Source: Tubiluchus corallicola
Lineage: Eukaryota > Animalia > Priapulida
Length of the DNA stretch: 64,000 nt
Assembly: GCA_030141605.1 (NCBI GenBank)
Contig: JAQGDQ010000069.1
Location: 662,686-726,685 of the forward strand
Reading direction: 5' to 3'
Each line of letters starts with the position of its first letter. Positions within the stretch are counted from its first letter, which is position 1. Shown here piece after piece: positions 39,102 through 52,510 of the stretch. Position numbers and translations under genes: made by a program. A model generated the notes under the pieces. The model saw only the letters and a program-made list of their open reading frames with translations, was not told the DNA's origin and searched no databases.

Positions 39102-40169
39102 GCTTTGTTCTTTACCCATTACTGACTTTTCTTAATATTTTCGGCAGCTATGTAGCAATTGTGTAGCCGCCATTTTGTGTGTAAATTTCTCTCGTGAAGT
39201 TATGTGATAGAAAATAAAACGTTGTGATTATGATCATAAATACACAGTCTTACTTGACTACGGTTATTTTTTTCACAAGAATTATATACATATGGTTACA
39301 GTACTTTGCAGAAAATTAGATTGGTTAAATGTTGACAAAAACAAACAGTATGGACCCAACTGATGTCAAGCACATTACCGATGCAACATTATTCATATAA
39401 AACGTATTTTTTACCAACTTTGCAGTTTTTACAGTTGGTGAAAGTGTCTGTCTTTGCTCACTAGAAGTAAACTGATGACACAAGAAACGGTAAGCCTGTT
39501 TTAGGTGTCGTATCCAGGCTTGAATCTAAATTGAATGTTTCTTTCATAAGATGTGATAAGTTTTATAATAAGCCTGTGTCGCTTTTTAATATTGGAACAC
39601 TGCTATATAACCTTTTCTTGCTATATAGGCTGAATATATAATTATTTATACAACTAAGTTATATAATTAAGATGCAAAACCGTCAGGCAGCTCTATATTT
39701 CGCATTACAATGAAAATAATATTTTACGAGTGTCAAACTGGCAGGCTTGTTGATACAGCAACCGTTCTGCAAGCTAGGATCCAGGTCTTTTCATTCCTAA
39801 ACCTATTCAGGCCTAATGTAAGTGGTCACGACGAGGTCAGAAGGTCAGAAAATAGCTAATCGTCAAAGATATTTCAAATAAAAATAAATTGAACCGAATT
39901 AATCAAAGTATTTAAAAAATGTATTTAATAATAAATGGAGATGTATGATGTAGTTCATGCACGTCAGAAGCATACACTTAAACACACATTGTAATACTGC
40001 TAAAAACTTTTGCTCAATTTTACTAGTGCTGAGTTACTCAGATTTAGCATAGTGTTACTTTGTCATTACTTTAACTAGTGTCTTGCAATGACGTGTGCAT
40101 TGCTGCTCGCTACTCTCGCAGATTCGGTTCGGTCAGGGTATAACTTTTCTCCATTTCTTTCATTCCTTT

Positions 40170-40455
<286 letters not shown>

Positions 40456-40623
40456 AAGACATTAGAACAATACTTAACCGTTGAAAAATCTGTCATATAT
40501 TTCGAAAAACGAATGCCCAGTAGCCAAGTAGTAGTAGTCTGTGTAGTACAGACATATACGTGCATGTGATTATAACTCTGATTTCTTGCTTAACGAACTC
40601 ATAACTTTTAGCCGTGTTTTCCT

Positions 40624-40921
40624 CATAAGCATATTGGTCGATTTTTCCAAGGGGCGGAGCCACTTTTGCCCGAAAACTATAGCGCCAACCCGAAAAAAGC
40701 GCAGGTCAACTTCGAGTCGGGAATTGCCTCACCCAACCCCATGATAAAAAATGCCCGGATTTCGGGCACTTCATTTGGCGGAATTGAGAAATTTCGAGAG
40801 TTCCTTTTATGAAAAATATTATTTTATTTTTTTCATCATTTGTCCGGAGGTCGAAAAATTTGGCGATTGCCCGAATCCGGAAGGGGGCTACAGCCCCCCC
40901 CCCCCGGCTCGTGCCTCTACG
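40624..40921. mobile_element. Degenerate GC-rich MITE-like element
   Basis: G-run near the left end, C-run plus GGCTCGTGCCTCTACG at the right end, and repeated internal TGCCCGAA/TTCGGGCA motifs. TIR and TSD are not cleanly recoverable. Confidence 0.35.
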
Positions 40922-43900
40922 AACTTTTCCTTACTAAAAAGTAAAAGTTGCAATGGAGAACCACAAATTTGATACTCGAGTTCTGTAACAGCAAAATTTG
41001 ACCCCCTGTCCGTGAGGCGTTTAAATACCACAGGCGGCTCACGCATAGTTGCATAAACTGTTTTTCCGGAGTGCTATTGGACTTACTTTTTGAGCAATAT
41101 GAAATGCCAACATGTTAGGCTTCACACATCACTAAAGCAATTTTAAGACCTAATTAGGCCTAATTAAGTGTACATTCACTATAAATAAGGAGCAAGAGCA
41201 GGTGCACATTCCGTAGCTAGACGTATTTTGAATTTTAACCAAATTCTGAAGACAGAAGCCAAGTTTGAGTTAGTTCTTCAGCTTCTTTTCGGCTTCTCGC
41301 CTCGGCTCCTTTGCTTACAAACGACGCAACAATATAGCACCAACGTAAACAAACTTGTCTGCTTCACATTTTCGCAAAATGGCCGCCGTTTACGTCTGCA
41401 TGGGCGGTCCAAAGAAATTCATACTCGACTCGTGTTTATTTACGTAAATCAACTGGGTAATTGGACATACAATACTTGTTGTAATTGGAACAATTTGAGC
41501 GATGTTTGTTTGCAATGGGCGGAGGAATGGAGGCAAAGCACGTGCTGTAAACAGAATCGTGTTGATCTTAATTAATTTTGGAATCTGCATGGGAGGTTAG
41601 ATTTGCCGCACAAATGAATTAAACTATAACTACAGACCCCCATGCAATTATGTACATGTTAATTATAGCAATATGCTGAAATAAATATGTAAACTAAACG
41701 AACACAGATAGTGATAAAATTTTGCTTGCAGGCAACAGATCGACCCATATAATCCAATGATATTTTTTGTTTTATCTTAATAGTTATTTTAAGCTGTTGC
41801 TTTTATACTAGTGACTGCCTTACCACTGATGTTCAAAGTACAACAACTTACACCTATTTAGTGTTTAGTAACTTTTTGAACAACAATGAAAGGACAACAG
41901 AAGGTAAATAAAGACAACAAAATTACAAAAGGACAACGGAAGGCAACAGTGTCAGCAAGAAACGTGTTGAACCAATGAATGTCCACCTCACAATGGCCAA
42001 TCAGGCGCTTTATGTAGCTATAACTGCATTACTGCTTCCAAAGTTTACTCACAAACAGCACGGTAAATGCGGGTGCAGAATATACTTTTAAGTATAATGT
42101 ATTTTAATATTATTATTAAAATATATTACAAATGCGAAAGTGTGTATATACGTGACTAGATTGCCGAAGACTAGAACATTCAGAAGACCTTAGTTTTGCT
42201 GTGGGGAAATAGTTATTTTAGTCATTATACCTCTGTCAAGACGTTATGCTTCAACACTGTCTGTTTGTTTGATTGTTTTTGTACATTATACATCGGAAAG
42301 CCTATTACGCAAAAACTAATTAGCAGGTTTCCACGAAGCATGTATTTTTGTACTTATAAACAGATATAGAACTAAATCCTTCTCAGCACCCATGATTCAG
42401 ATTTGTTTTACCACTAAGCACGATTTTCCTTGACGTTTTCAAGGCACTAGAAAACAATTTAATGACAAATGTAAGCAAAATATTTTACTTTTACAACGCA
42501 TAAAGGGGTACTCTTTTTTTCGATGAAGGCCAGCATTCTAGCCAGCATTTTTCACATAAAACCTTGATATCATGCACAAATCATTGATCGAAATTATTAC
42601 ATACACTTATTTCTTGCAGTCTGGTAAGTATAACTGAGATACAAATAACAGACAAGTTGTTACAAAACGTCTACTCATGGCCTCACTTTCCTGTGTTTTT
42701 CCGTATGTTTATAGTTACGGTAGCGGCTAGCTAACGATTCTGTACGGCAGCGGCTGTCAGTCAACAAGTTTTTATAAACCTCAATGAAATCTTCACATTC
42801 AAAATTAATTCAAATGTGGTCAAAACTTATTGTTATACATCAATGTAATATAAGCTAATTTTAGGCTATTTTTCTGGTTATAATCAAGGTTAAAAGATAC
42901 CTTTGGGACTTATGTGACTCGGGCATTTAATATAAGGGTCGTCTATGGAATGGAACAGTCAAATTTATTCCATTTCCGTAGCCTGACAAACGGAAAAATA
43001 CAAAACCTTAATAAATCTTGCAGAAGAGCACATGATCAATTAATATAGAAAGATATATCGCAGGCTTGATGTTCGTTAATTTAAAGGCAAGAGAGACTTA
43101 ATATTTTTGTTGCTTATTTAATGTAAAGCAAGACTAACTGGCTTAGTTTCTTTATTATATTTATGTCTTTGTATTTTGTAGTGCTTTAAAATTTCGTCTC
43201 TACATTCTGTTGAAATTGAAAAGTCATTTTTTGGCTACTTGAAGTGTTAATTTTTTGTTAAAATAGTTGCTGCTCTGCAAATTTGTATTTGTGAATTTGC
43301 TGATTAGACATTAGACATTAGTTGTGACAGTCATGTTGTTTAGTTTAGTTTAGTTTAGCTTAGTCAGTTGTTGTCATGTGTGAGCTGTTGTCCCGAAGCT
43401 GTTGACCGTGCTTATGTTGTAGCGGGGGCGGAGCGATAGACCAATATATTTGACGTCAATTGCAGAGGCTAAGTCAGGGAAGTGTAAATTAGTGCCGACT
43501 ACTGATCTGAGTATATTTACCTGTTTTGAAACTAATACCTGCGTCAAATATAACTCTTTTTGCTGTAATACGCAGACACAACAGTCACTGTTTCACACAG
43601 TCATAACTGAGACTCAGTATATAAGTGCTTTTAAGCAAACAAATTTTTCTCTGCTGATTTTTAGTTATGAGATGTTTTGTTAAATTTTGTTAAGGCCGAA
43701 CAAGTTTTTCATTTAACGATCAATAGGTGATCATCGTCAAGAACTGTAACAGAAAAACAACCATTTGCTTCAGACAAAACAAGATTAAACCAATAAAAAG
43801 TAAGCGTTTAGCCACGTGCCACGTTATCTGGTAATAACTGTTTACAGAGGGTACCCATGACACCTTTTGTTTCATACGTGATTACAAAACTTGCCGTTTG

Positions 43901-44237
43901 TTTACCAAATTTGTGTGAATTGGTTTGCGTCAGACAGAATTTTTGCGACTATAGTCTTGCTGCACTCCAATGCGCTGTGCACTTTGATTCAATAATGAAT
44001 TATTTTAGGAATAGCTAAATATTTGAAATAAGACGTTGGAGATAAATGTCTTGTGCTAAGTAGTGCAAATCGTGCGAGTTAATGCTTAAAATTTAAATCT
44101 TTAACATGTCTACAGCAAAGAATTATAGCTATAATAAGCTGGAATTATTTATTATATGAATTTATATAAAAAGACGTTTTCTTATTAGTATTTAAGAGGG
44201 GCTATATGATGGAAAAAAGACGTTTTCTTTTTAATAT

Positions 44238-44570
44238 TGTAACGCATCCGGGTTCCAGCGCCGATCCATCTCAGGATGTATAGAGCGGCATACAAGTTAT
44301 GAAGTACTTTACAGCAGACGAGAAAAGTAAAAAGAATACGAATGTAAAATAAACTTTAATGCATAACCAGTAGCTCCATGACATGTGAACAGACTTTTGT
44401 ATAAAAATCAGCAAGCCTACAGCATTCGCCTTTACAGACAGGAAGGCCAGGTTGGAATCGTCAAATTACGGCAGGCATTGTGTTTTATACAGGTACATTT
44501 GCATTACTGGGCTTCTCAACCATACCCATTACTAACATTAGGGAGTTGGTCAAAATCTGCCTTCGTAACA
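44238..44570 (-). mobile_element. Probable solo LTR
   Basis: TG...CA ends with a 6/7 inverted match (TGTAACG/CGTAACA). On the minus strand TATAAAA (44489-44483) precedes ATTAAA (44360-44355). Flanks ATAT/CTAT match at 3 of 4. Confidence 0.45.
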
Positions 44571-47500
44571 CTATTTATGAGGGGGGATACTTGTGTTAAT
44601 TGCGTTCTGTATGGCTGAGACTTCAAAAAGTTGTACTGTAATTATATACATTAATGTTCAGGTAAATGCATTTTGCTTGGTTTCATGATATCTTGCTATA
44701 AATGAAATAAACAGTTAAGAAAAATTGACGATGATCATGACAACGACGACCACTAAATGCGGAAAGTTGCCCGTTCAGAGCTGTTCTAAGTTACCTACGG
44801 AGCAACAATTCAACGATTTTAATCCACTTATGTAGACTCATATGCAAAAAGGGAAAATTAACTGGCATGAATTTAAGAAAATAATTTTATTTTGGTAAAA
44901 ATGGTGTAAAGTTGCTAAAAAATTATTACATTTGATACAATATTCCATACAGCTATAATTTTTCTTGCAGAAAACTACCCTTCATTTTTGTTTACTACTG
45001 ACGTCATATTTATTGTTACGTTTGTTATTAACTCTGACAGTACCTGTTTAAGAAGTTAAATAAAAATATTTAACGTCTGTAATAAAAAGACGAGTTCTGT
45101 GCAGCCTACATTTATTAGTCTTTTGTTGAAAGGATGTTTGAATATAAAGAAGTTCAACATTTTTTAAAGAAATTAAAATAGGTCAAAGTCAAACGTTCTA
45201 CCAAATATTAATCGTGAACTTACAAAACCACCTCATCTGTATTCTCTTCATGTTTCTCTCTCTCTCTTTCTCCCGCGTTTACAACGAGAAAAAGAAAGAG
45301 CGAGGTCGAACTGCGTATGGGCGCTTATATATAGAAGGCTTAGCGCGAAACGTTTGTGGTGCGTTAATGTCGCTGTTCTGTTTCTGTATTTCTTCGTACA
45401 TGCAGTAACCTTCAGAATTGGTTGTTGCTGTTGTGTAGTAAATACTTATAGTAATAATACGTCTTCACGTGTTGTGCATTTCTGACAATTGAGTCATTTT
45501 TTTAAATTTGTGATCGTCTTTTAATTATACAACTGTTTTCGATATTTTTGAAAATAATTATACACACGTTCGCAAAGAGCCCCTATATCACAAAAACGAA
45601 AACAAAATTAATGTTATGAAAATGGACAAAAGCTTTTATTTTGTCTTGATTAAAAATATAATAATTTCCTCAGAAACTGCTTAAATTCACAAGCAGAAAC
45701 ACTGCTAAAGACAAATACGTGCGGTGATGGAAAAAGCGGTGATGGATCGACAGCACAAGTAAACTTTCATCCAGTAAAATATATTAATGAATTACACAGT
45801 TTCACAGACTACAAAATAGTAGGCCGTATTGACTGTATGTTCTCCAACACAACAACAGGCTATAATAAAACTAAAATAATTTCTCACAACTACAATAATT
45901 TACGACACTTTGTACAATTTGGCACAATGCAAGACGGAATTCAGGCAGGACTTATTAGCGCTGTTGAATGAGTGTGGCTGGACCGGAAATTAGCTTTTTA
46001 TCAAGGACAAGTCTCCGAGACAATAAATAGGAAGCAGAAGTGTTTTTGCAATGCTTGGATGTGTGTATGTCTTCCCACAGTGAGAAACAGTCTCGAGGCT
46101 GTTGACAGAATGATAGTGCTGATGTGTGCTTCAAAACAGCTTAAAAAACCTGCTTAATGCGGATTTTTCTCTTTGGCTGTAGATTAAACTAGTTACTAGA
46201 TATCCAAACTGAACGAACGTGAGTTTTGTAAAGAATTTCTGACGATCAGTAATATGGTAACCATATGCAAATAAAATCGCCAACTTAGAGACTTCTGCGT
46301 AAAGATGGACTAGAGAAAATAATATGTAAAATTACTATCGTTGATGAAATTGCAAAAATAACACCATAATTAACACGCAAAAAGAGATGAGTGGCTGAAT
46401 CACCTTGCTTAAGAAAGCCTATCTATGAAGAAAGTAAGTCTTTACAACGTTTGCTTACGGAACATACATCTGTTGTGAACAAGTGACCAGTCAAACAAAA
46501 CAGTCATAGTAATGCGTTGGCCTGTACATTGTTCTAAGTGCTTGTTGCCATTCTTTTGTATTATCATTTGACGAGTTTTCTACCCGCAAGAAAAACCGCA
46601 GGCTGCCCCCGTTTTTGCATACGCCTCTCTTTTAAACGCAGTCGTCGAATGAAACTGCGATAGGAAGATGAGATCACATGATCAATATCCAATCAAGCGT
46701 GGAGATAAGAAGATTTCAGAGATGTCAGGGGAGCGATTAGTGTCCAAACAGGCTGATGAAGCACTGATGAATGGACAGATAGGGAGGAGAACAACTCGAG
46801 CGGACGTTTGTAGATAAGAGAAGCCTCGACGGTGCGCTAAGAATAATGAGGAAAAGAAGTTTGTACACACTGAACGTGAACGGAACTTAACGAGATAGCA
46901 AAAAGCTGCAGATGCAGCTAAATGAGATTGGCACGTCGTATGGCTTCCGTAGGCGTTATCGTTGCCGTCTTGTTTACAGTTTAAAATCATTTATTTCAAA
47001 ACACAGAAGAGTGATTATATTTTAAAGCAGGCCTATTACTTACGAAATGTAAGCGCCATATTTTAGTGCCGTTATTTCACGAGTAGATGGCGCCACGTCA
47101 TCACATTTTCAAACTTCGCAAATACAAATCGTACACACGGTCTTTACTATGAAACTAATAAAGCTTTCGTTCTTAAGGCACGTACCACAGCAACAATTGA
47201 GTTTTTTATTTCTACATGCATAATTGAATATACCGACTTTAAATAAAGATTTATCACATCGTATCGTATCATATCATATTATATCATACGTAACATAGGC
47301 TAAGACAAAATCATTGACTAGCTCCCTTTTCCAACAATCGACCAAAAGTACCGATTGTTGAAAGGAGGAGAAACTAGAGCTTGGTCAGAGTCAGACAGCC
47401 ACCCCATTGCAAATTTATTATCTTAAATAAAAGAGTAAAATCAAAGCGAAATTACCTATGTGCATTAGGCCTACGTAGTGCATAATAATTAGAATTGTAA

Positions 47501-48294
47501 ATGAAGTATATTCAGTAAGCTAATTAGTACATAATCATTTTATTTGTTATAAATTAAAGAATACGTACATTCCGATCATTGGACGTTTAGTCCAAAAGCA
47601 GGAGTTACAGATACAAAAACAAATGTTCACAGTAACGCACAAACAAATCATGTAATCTTGCAAGCACTATGTAAAACAGAAGATTTACAACCTAGTTAAC
47701 GTTTAAGCCACAAGAAAACACTCTTCATAAATTCGTTTTGAAGTTTTGTATTACTTACATGCTGTCTTATTGCACACAGGACTGGTGTTAGCAGTAACAC
47801 TGTATAAAATTTGCAAATTTAAACTCCCGCAATGACTAATAATGTGCTTTATGGTCAATCAGCGGTGTGCTAACTTTTAGCTTTTCAAGATTCTTTCGCA
47901 ATTATAAAAGTCTTTCAAACAGGTTAGTGTAATGCTAAGTAATATAGTTTTATATGGAAAGTTCTTGGGGCTATACTTGCGGTCCCCCCCCCCCCCCCAT
48001 TAAATTTTAAAGAAGATGTTTTTGTAATATAAGCTATCCATAAATCCGCACTATTTGCTTTATATAACATATCTTTTTTGTAGAAAAACACACTCCATGA
48101 ATTAAAATCTCATCTGCATAAAGCGATTGTTTGATGACGTTGATCTCCCACACCAAAAATCGTTTATCCTTCTATTCGGCAGTGAATCAGTCCGCGATTC
48201 ACAGAGATTTCAGCCCGAGATTCGCAATTAAGATAGCAGAGTTATAAATGACGCTTTTCCGCAAAAAGATTGCACCAATCTAACCAAGATTTGC

Positions 48295-48470
<176 letters not shown>

Positions 48471-49634
48471 TGCAGAGTGCGAGTCATCAAGAGAGGAGAG
48501 ATAAAACTATACTTGGCACTACATGTAAAAGCAAAGGTAAACCAAGTTAAATGAACCATCTCGCGCCTCATGTACTGAACTTCATTTTCACGATTGTCTA
48601 CCTACAGCAGTAAATAAATAAATCATTATAATAAATAAATAAATAAATTTGGGAACTAGGGCCGAGGTTGTTTCACGGGAGTCGTTCAGTTTAAATTATA
48701 GAATCGAGTTTCACAGGATTTTACTTTTCTCGGGTTACAGACATGAAGCTCAAACACACGCAGTCCTTTCTTTAGATTAACGGCTGTACTGAGAGCAAGT
48801 ATTTAACGAAAAAAGTAAAATCTTTCCAAATACTCTCTTATTTTAGCTTGACTTGTCAAAAACTTAATTAACGTTAATGAACTGCAAAACAATGAAATAA
48901 AACAAATGAGGCAAAATTAAACAAACGAACAAAATTAAAATAAAACAAATGACAACTAAATTAATGATAACTCAGTGTTTCCAAAGTGGCATTTGCCTGG
49001 CATCAGGAACGCGCATGCGTTATCTATCTGCGGAATAGGTGCGGAATAAAAATCAAAAGGAAATAGTTGCAGAAAAAAATAACGCATAAAGCATGTCTTA
49101 TAAACGGGTGCATTGAAACAATAAACCGATTTTATCATTTCATACGCATGCGCATACCGGATGATACATAAGCGCCACTTGACAATAACAATTTTTCCCA
49201 ATTTTCCATTTTCTAGCTTAATTATTTATACGCTCTCCAGTGTTTAAATCTACAAAAAGTTCTTTCTATTTCAACGCATGGTGGAATGACTGAAAAGAGA
49301 GTTTAGCTGTTAGTAGGTATTTTCTAAGAAAAACGTTTGTTTGGCAAGTGATGGATTGATGACAAGTTAGTGAAGGAGCTTATTTCCAAGATTATTATAG
49401 TTGGTCAGCCTTTTAGTCAGTCAGTCAATAATCAGTCAGTCAGTTAAAGATGGTAAGTGGGTGGCATGTCATCAGAACAACAGCATTAAGATATATTGGG
49501 TAGACATAAAAAAAGTACGCCCTTTCTAATATTTCATAGAGCCAAGAATTTCTATCCCGTTTGTATGTAAATTTAACAGATAAACTAGAAACAGTATCAA
49601 CGTGTTCCCAAATTAGCTGGCAACTAACGATATC

Positions 49635-49997
49635 ATTAATTAATTATGAATGTGATTGCCAGATGTTTTTATAAAGCATAACGGTTTATTTTATCAGTTA
49701 TTACCCATTGAGGGTAATGAGTTGCAGAAAGGAGACACTAAAAAATTGCGGACTAGTCGACAAATTCTCTACAGATGACGCTGTTGGATTGTGAGTTAGA
49801 AGTAGGAAAATCTCAGGCCTGCTCTGCCTTGTTAGATTGTTAGTTCAAGTGGTAGAAAGTACTAATGCCAGGTCTCGGGTTCAAGTCATAACTAGTCCAC
49901 AATTTTTTTCAGCATCTCCTTTCTCCAACTCATGATTTGTAAAATAAACTATGATAGCTTATAAACATTTTGGCAAACACAGACATAATTAATTAAT
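49635..49997. mobile_element. Foldback element with about 110-120 bp inverted arms and a tRNA-like core
   Basis: Arm 49635-49757 is the reverse complement of 49891-49997 (outer 14 bp perfect). The spacer contains A-box-like TAGTTCAAGTGGTAGA and B-box-like GGTTCAAGTC. Confidence 0.7.
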
Positions 49998-50767
49998 AAC
50001 TAGAACCATTTCTAGCAATTATGCATTATTTTTGCCAAGAAAGTCCAATAAATAAACATATTGTTTTTGCTCAGGAAACTAATAAAAATAAAAAACTACA
50101 TACGTATTAGTATGATTGCACGTCTTTGTTATCGTGATATTAGCATTACTCTGTGGCCAACAAACTTACGGATCAGTTCAGGCCTCGATTAAGAAAAATA
50201 ATTGAAATGTTAGGAAAACATACTGAATACTTTTTAATGTACAAAAATTTGACGGATAATTTTTGTTTTTTAAACCGTGTTAAAAGTTCTAAATTCTGCA
50301 TTTTTTATGTTAATGTTGGCATTATTCATAATATATGCATTTATTTTTATGGCGAAATGTTTTCTTGCAACGCCGAGAGAAATAAATTATTAATGATTTT
50401 AAATTTTAAAAGGACTTACTTTTTTCTGCCCACCCGGTATATTAGGTGTCCCAGTTTCAGGTTTATTATGCAGACTAAATTGCTAACGTGCACACGCGAA
50501 ATGATTTATCACACATTAGCCACAAATGTTAGGGTGTTCCACAGCGTAAATGCCTGTTCGACTATTTCTAATTTGCACTAGTATTTCTAATATACGAAAC
50601 AATATCCTGGCAACTAAAACTGGCGAAGTACAGGCTTATATGTGTGCATACTGTGTATTTCCTATCGTGCACAGGCAAAGTTATACACTGTCAAAATGAA
50701 TTTCAATTTGATTTTATTAGTACTTTTTGTGGTGTTAACTAATGATATACTAGTAAAATAATGTGCA

Positions 50768-50900
50768 GGCGAAGTGTGGGCCTGCCAAAGCGATTCACTG
50801 GCGAAGTGTGGGCCTGGCAAAGCGATTCACTGGCGAAGTGTGGGCCTGGCAAAGCGATTCACGAAGTGTGGGCCTGGCAAAGCGATTCACTGACGAAGTG
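50768..50900. repeat. 32-bp tandem repeat, 4+ units
   Basis: Unit GGCGAAGTGTGGGCCTGGCAAAGCGATTCACT; one unit is 3 nt shorter. Confidence 0.95.
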
Positions 50901-51406
50901 TAAACACTTGCGAAATGATAAACTAGCAATACGATAAGTTGGTATTATAATACGTTGGCGATATGTAGTAGTAGTGAAATATCAATAATTGCAGAAGTTA
51001 GTCATTGTATTATACTTGAAATTTCTTGTAAATTTACTTGAGCATAGATTTAATAGTTTCGAAGCATTAAGTGCATGATCATGAATAAATAAGTATTATT
51101 TTAAGTTAAATGTTAAGTTGTACATGCATGAAAAAATCCGTGCTATATTATTTATTATAGATTATCTCTATTATTTTATTATCAAAGTAAAAAGGTTTGT
51201 ATAGGATTGTCGTTACTACATTTCCTGTAAAACAGGATATTTTGCAGAAATAACTGGCTGAGCAAATAATAATATTATGTGCTTGTTTATGTATATGTAT
51301 GTTATTGTTAAAAATTAGCGATCAGAAAAAGAAAATTACAATTAACGCATCCACATTAACTTGCAATTTACAATTTTCACGGCGGCCAGGAATTTATTCA
51401 GTGTCT

Positions 51407-51526
51407 GTATTCGAGGAAACCAACCATGGTGTATTCGAGGAAACCAACCATGGTGTATTCGAGTAAACCAACCATGGTGTATTCGAGTAAACCAACCATG
51501 GTGTATTCGAGTAAACCAACCATGGT
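51407..51526. repeat. 24-bp tandem repeat, 5 units
   Basis: Unit GTATTCGAG(G/T)AAACCAACCATGGT; two G-type units then three T-type units. Confidence 0.95.
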
Positions 51527-51934
51527 AGCGTTGCGACAAATTTTAGTTTTGCGTTGTGTAAGATGTTGACGTCCGTCCGTCTTAAATATGACGTGGTGAC
51601 CAATATTTATTTTCTATTTTAAGATTATAGTTTTTAATTACTTCGATTAACCAATTGAGTGATGGGTGGATTCAGTTTAGCTGTTGAAGCTCAACAGTAG
51701 CTCTTACAGCGAAATTAATAAAGTTTTGCACCTGCTTATGTTTCTGAAATGTTAAATTAATTTCAAATTACTTGAAAAAATGTTCATTCAAATAGTTGTA
51801 CCCAAATCGAGACTTGAACCAAAGCCTTGCATAGAGTAGTGAATTTCTATTTTAATTCTATGATCTACTAATGAAAAGCAGGCGGAAATCTGTGCTAGGT
51901 TCTGTCACAACAATAGAACTCAAAATTAATTTAA

Positions 51935-52249
51935 GTGAATAGCCGCGTAGTTAACGACTAAAATTAAGCAACACTGAGCCTGGTCACTGAATGGATGGGT
52001 GACTATCGTATACGTTATTACTGTTTTATGGGCATTTACCTCGTTGAGGAAGAGTGTTTGCATTTCCAAATGTGAATGAGACACCTATGCCAGACCAGGG
52101 TGTTTCAGTTTTTCTGGTAGATATTCCATGTAACAGCATCACGAAATGTTGGAAAACCTTTACCGCGCTGACATGCCGCGTGAAACTCCCACAAAGGCCT
52201 TACAGGAGCCTCACAAGGACTTCCTCTAAATGCTTCACACGCTCTCTCA
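51935..52249 (+). mobile_element. 5S rRNA-related SINE-like element followed by a (CAGT)n tail
   Basis: AATTAAGCAACACTGAGCCTGGTCACTGAATGGATGGGTGAC resembles the 5S internal control region (box A to box C). A diverged copy lies at 14001-14125. Confidence 0.55.
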
Positions 52250-52510
52250 TCAGTCAGTCAGTCAGTCAGTCAGTCAATGAATCAGTCAGTCAGTTGGTTA
52301 GTCAGTCAGTCAGTCAGTCAGTCAGTCAGTCAGTCAGTCAGTCTGTCTGTCTGTCTGTCTGTCAATGAATCAGTCAGTCAGTTGGTTAGTCAGTCAGTCA
52401 GTCAGTCAGTCAGTCAGTCAGTCAGTCAGTCAGTCAGTCAGTCAGTCAGTCAGTCAGTCAGTCAGTCAGTCAGTCAGTCAGTCAGTCAATCAGTCAGTCA
52501 GCCAGTCAGT
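52250..52510. repeat. (CAGT)n microsatellite with internal duplicated block
   Basis: GTCAATGAATCAGTCAGTCAGTTGGTTAGT occurs twice within the array. Confidence 0.97.

Noticed and set aside
41228-41590. ORFs of 115 and 66 aa (also 50153-50581 and 46682-46990)
   Set aside because: No recognisable domain and no supporting exon chain; probably chance ORFs in repeat-derived DNA.
49830-49895. tRNA gene
   Set aside because: A- and B-box-like motifs are present, but no acceptor stem or anticodon arm can be formed; treated as tRNA-derived.
51960-52005. Functional 5S rRNA gene
   Set aside because: Only the box A to box C part resembles 5S. The 5' half, the 3' helix and the oligo-T terminator are missing.
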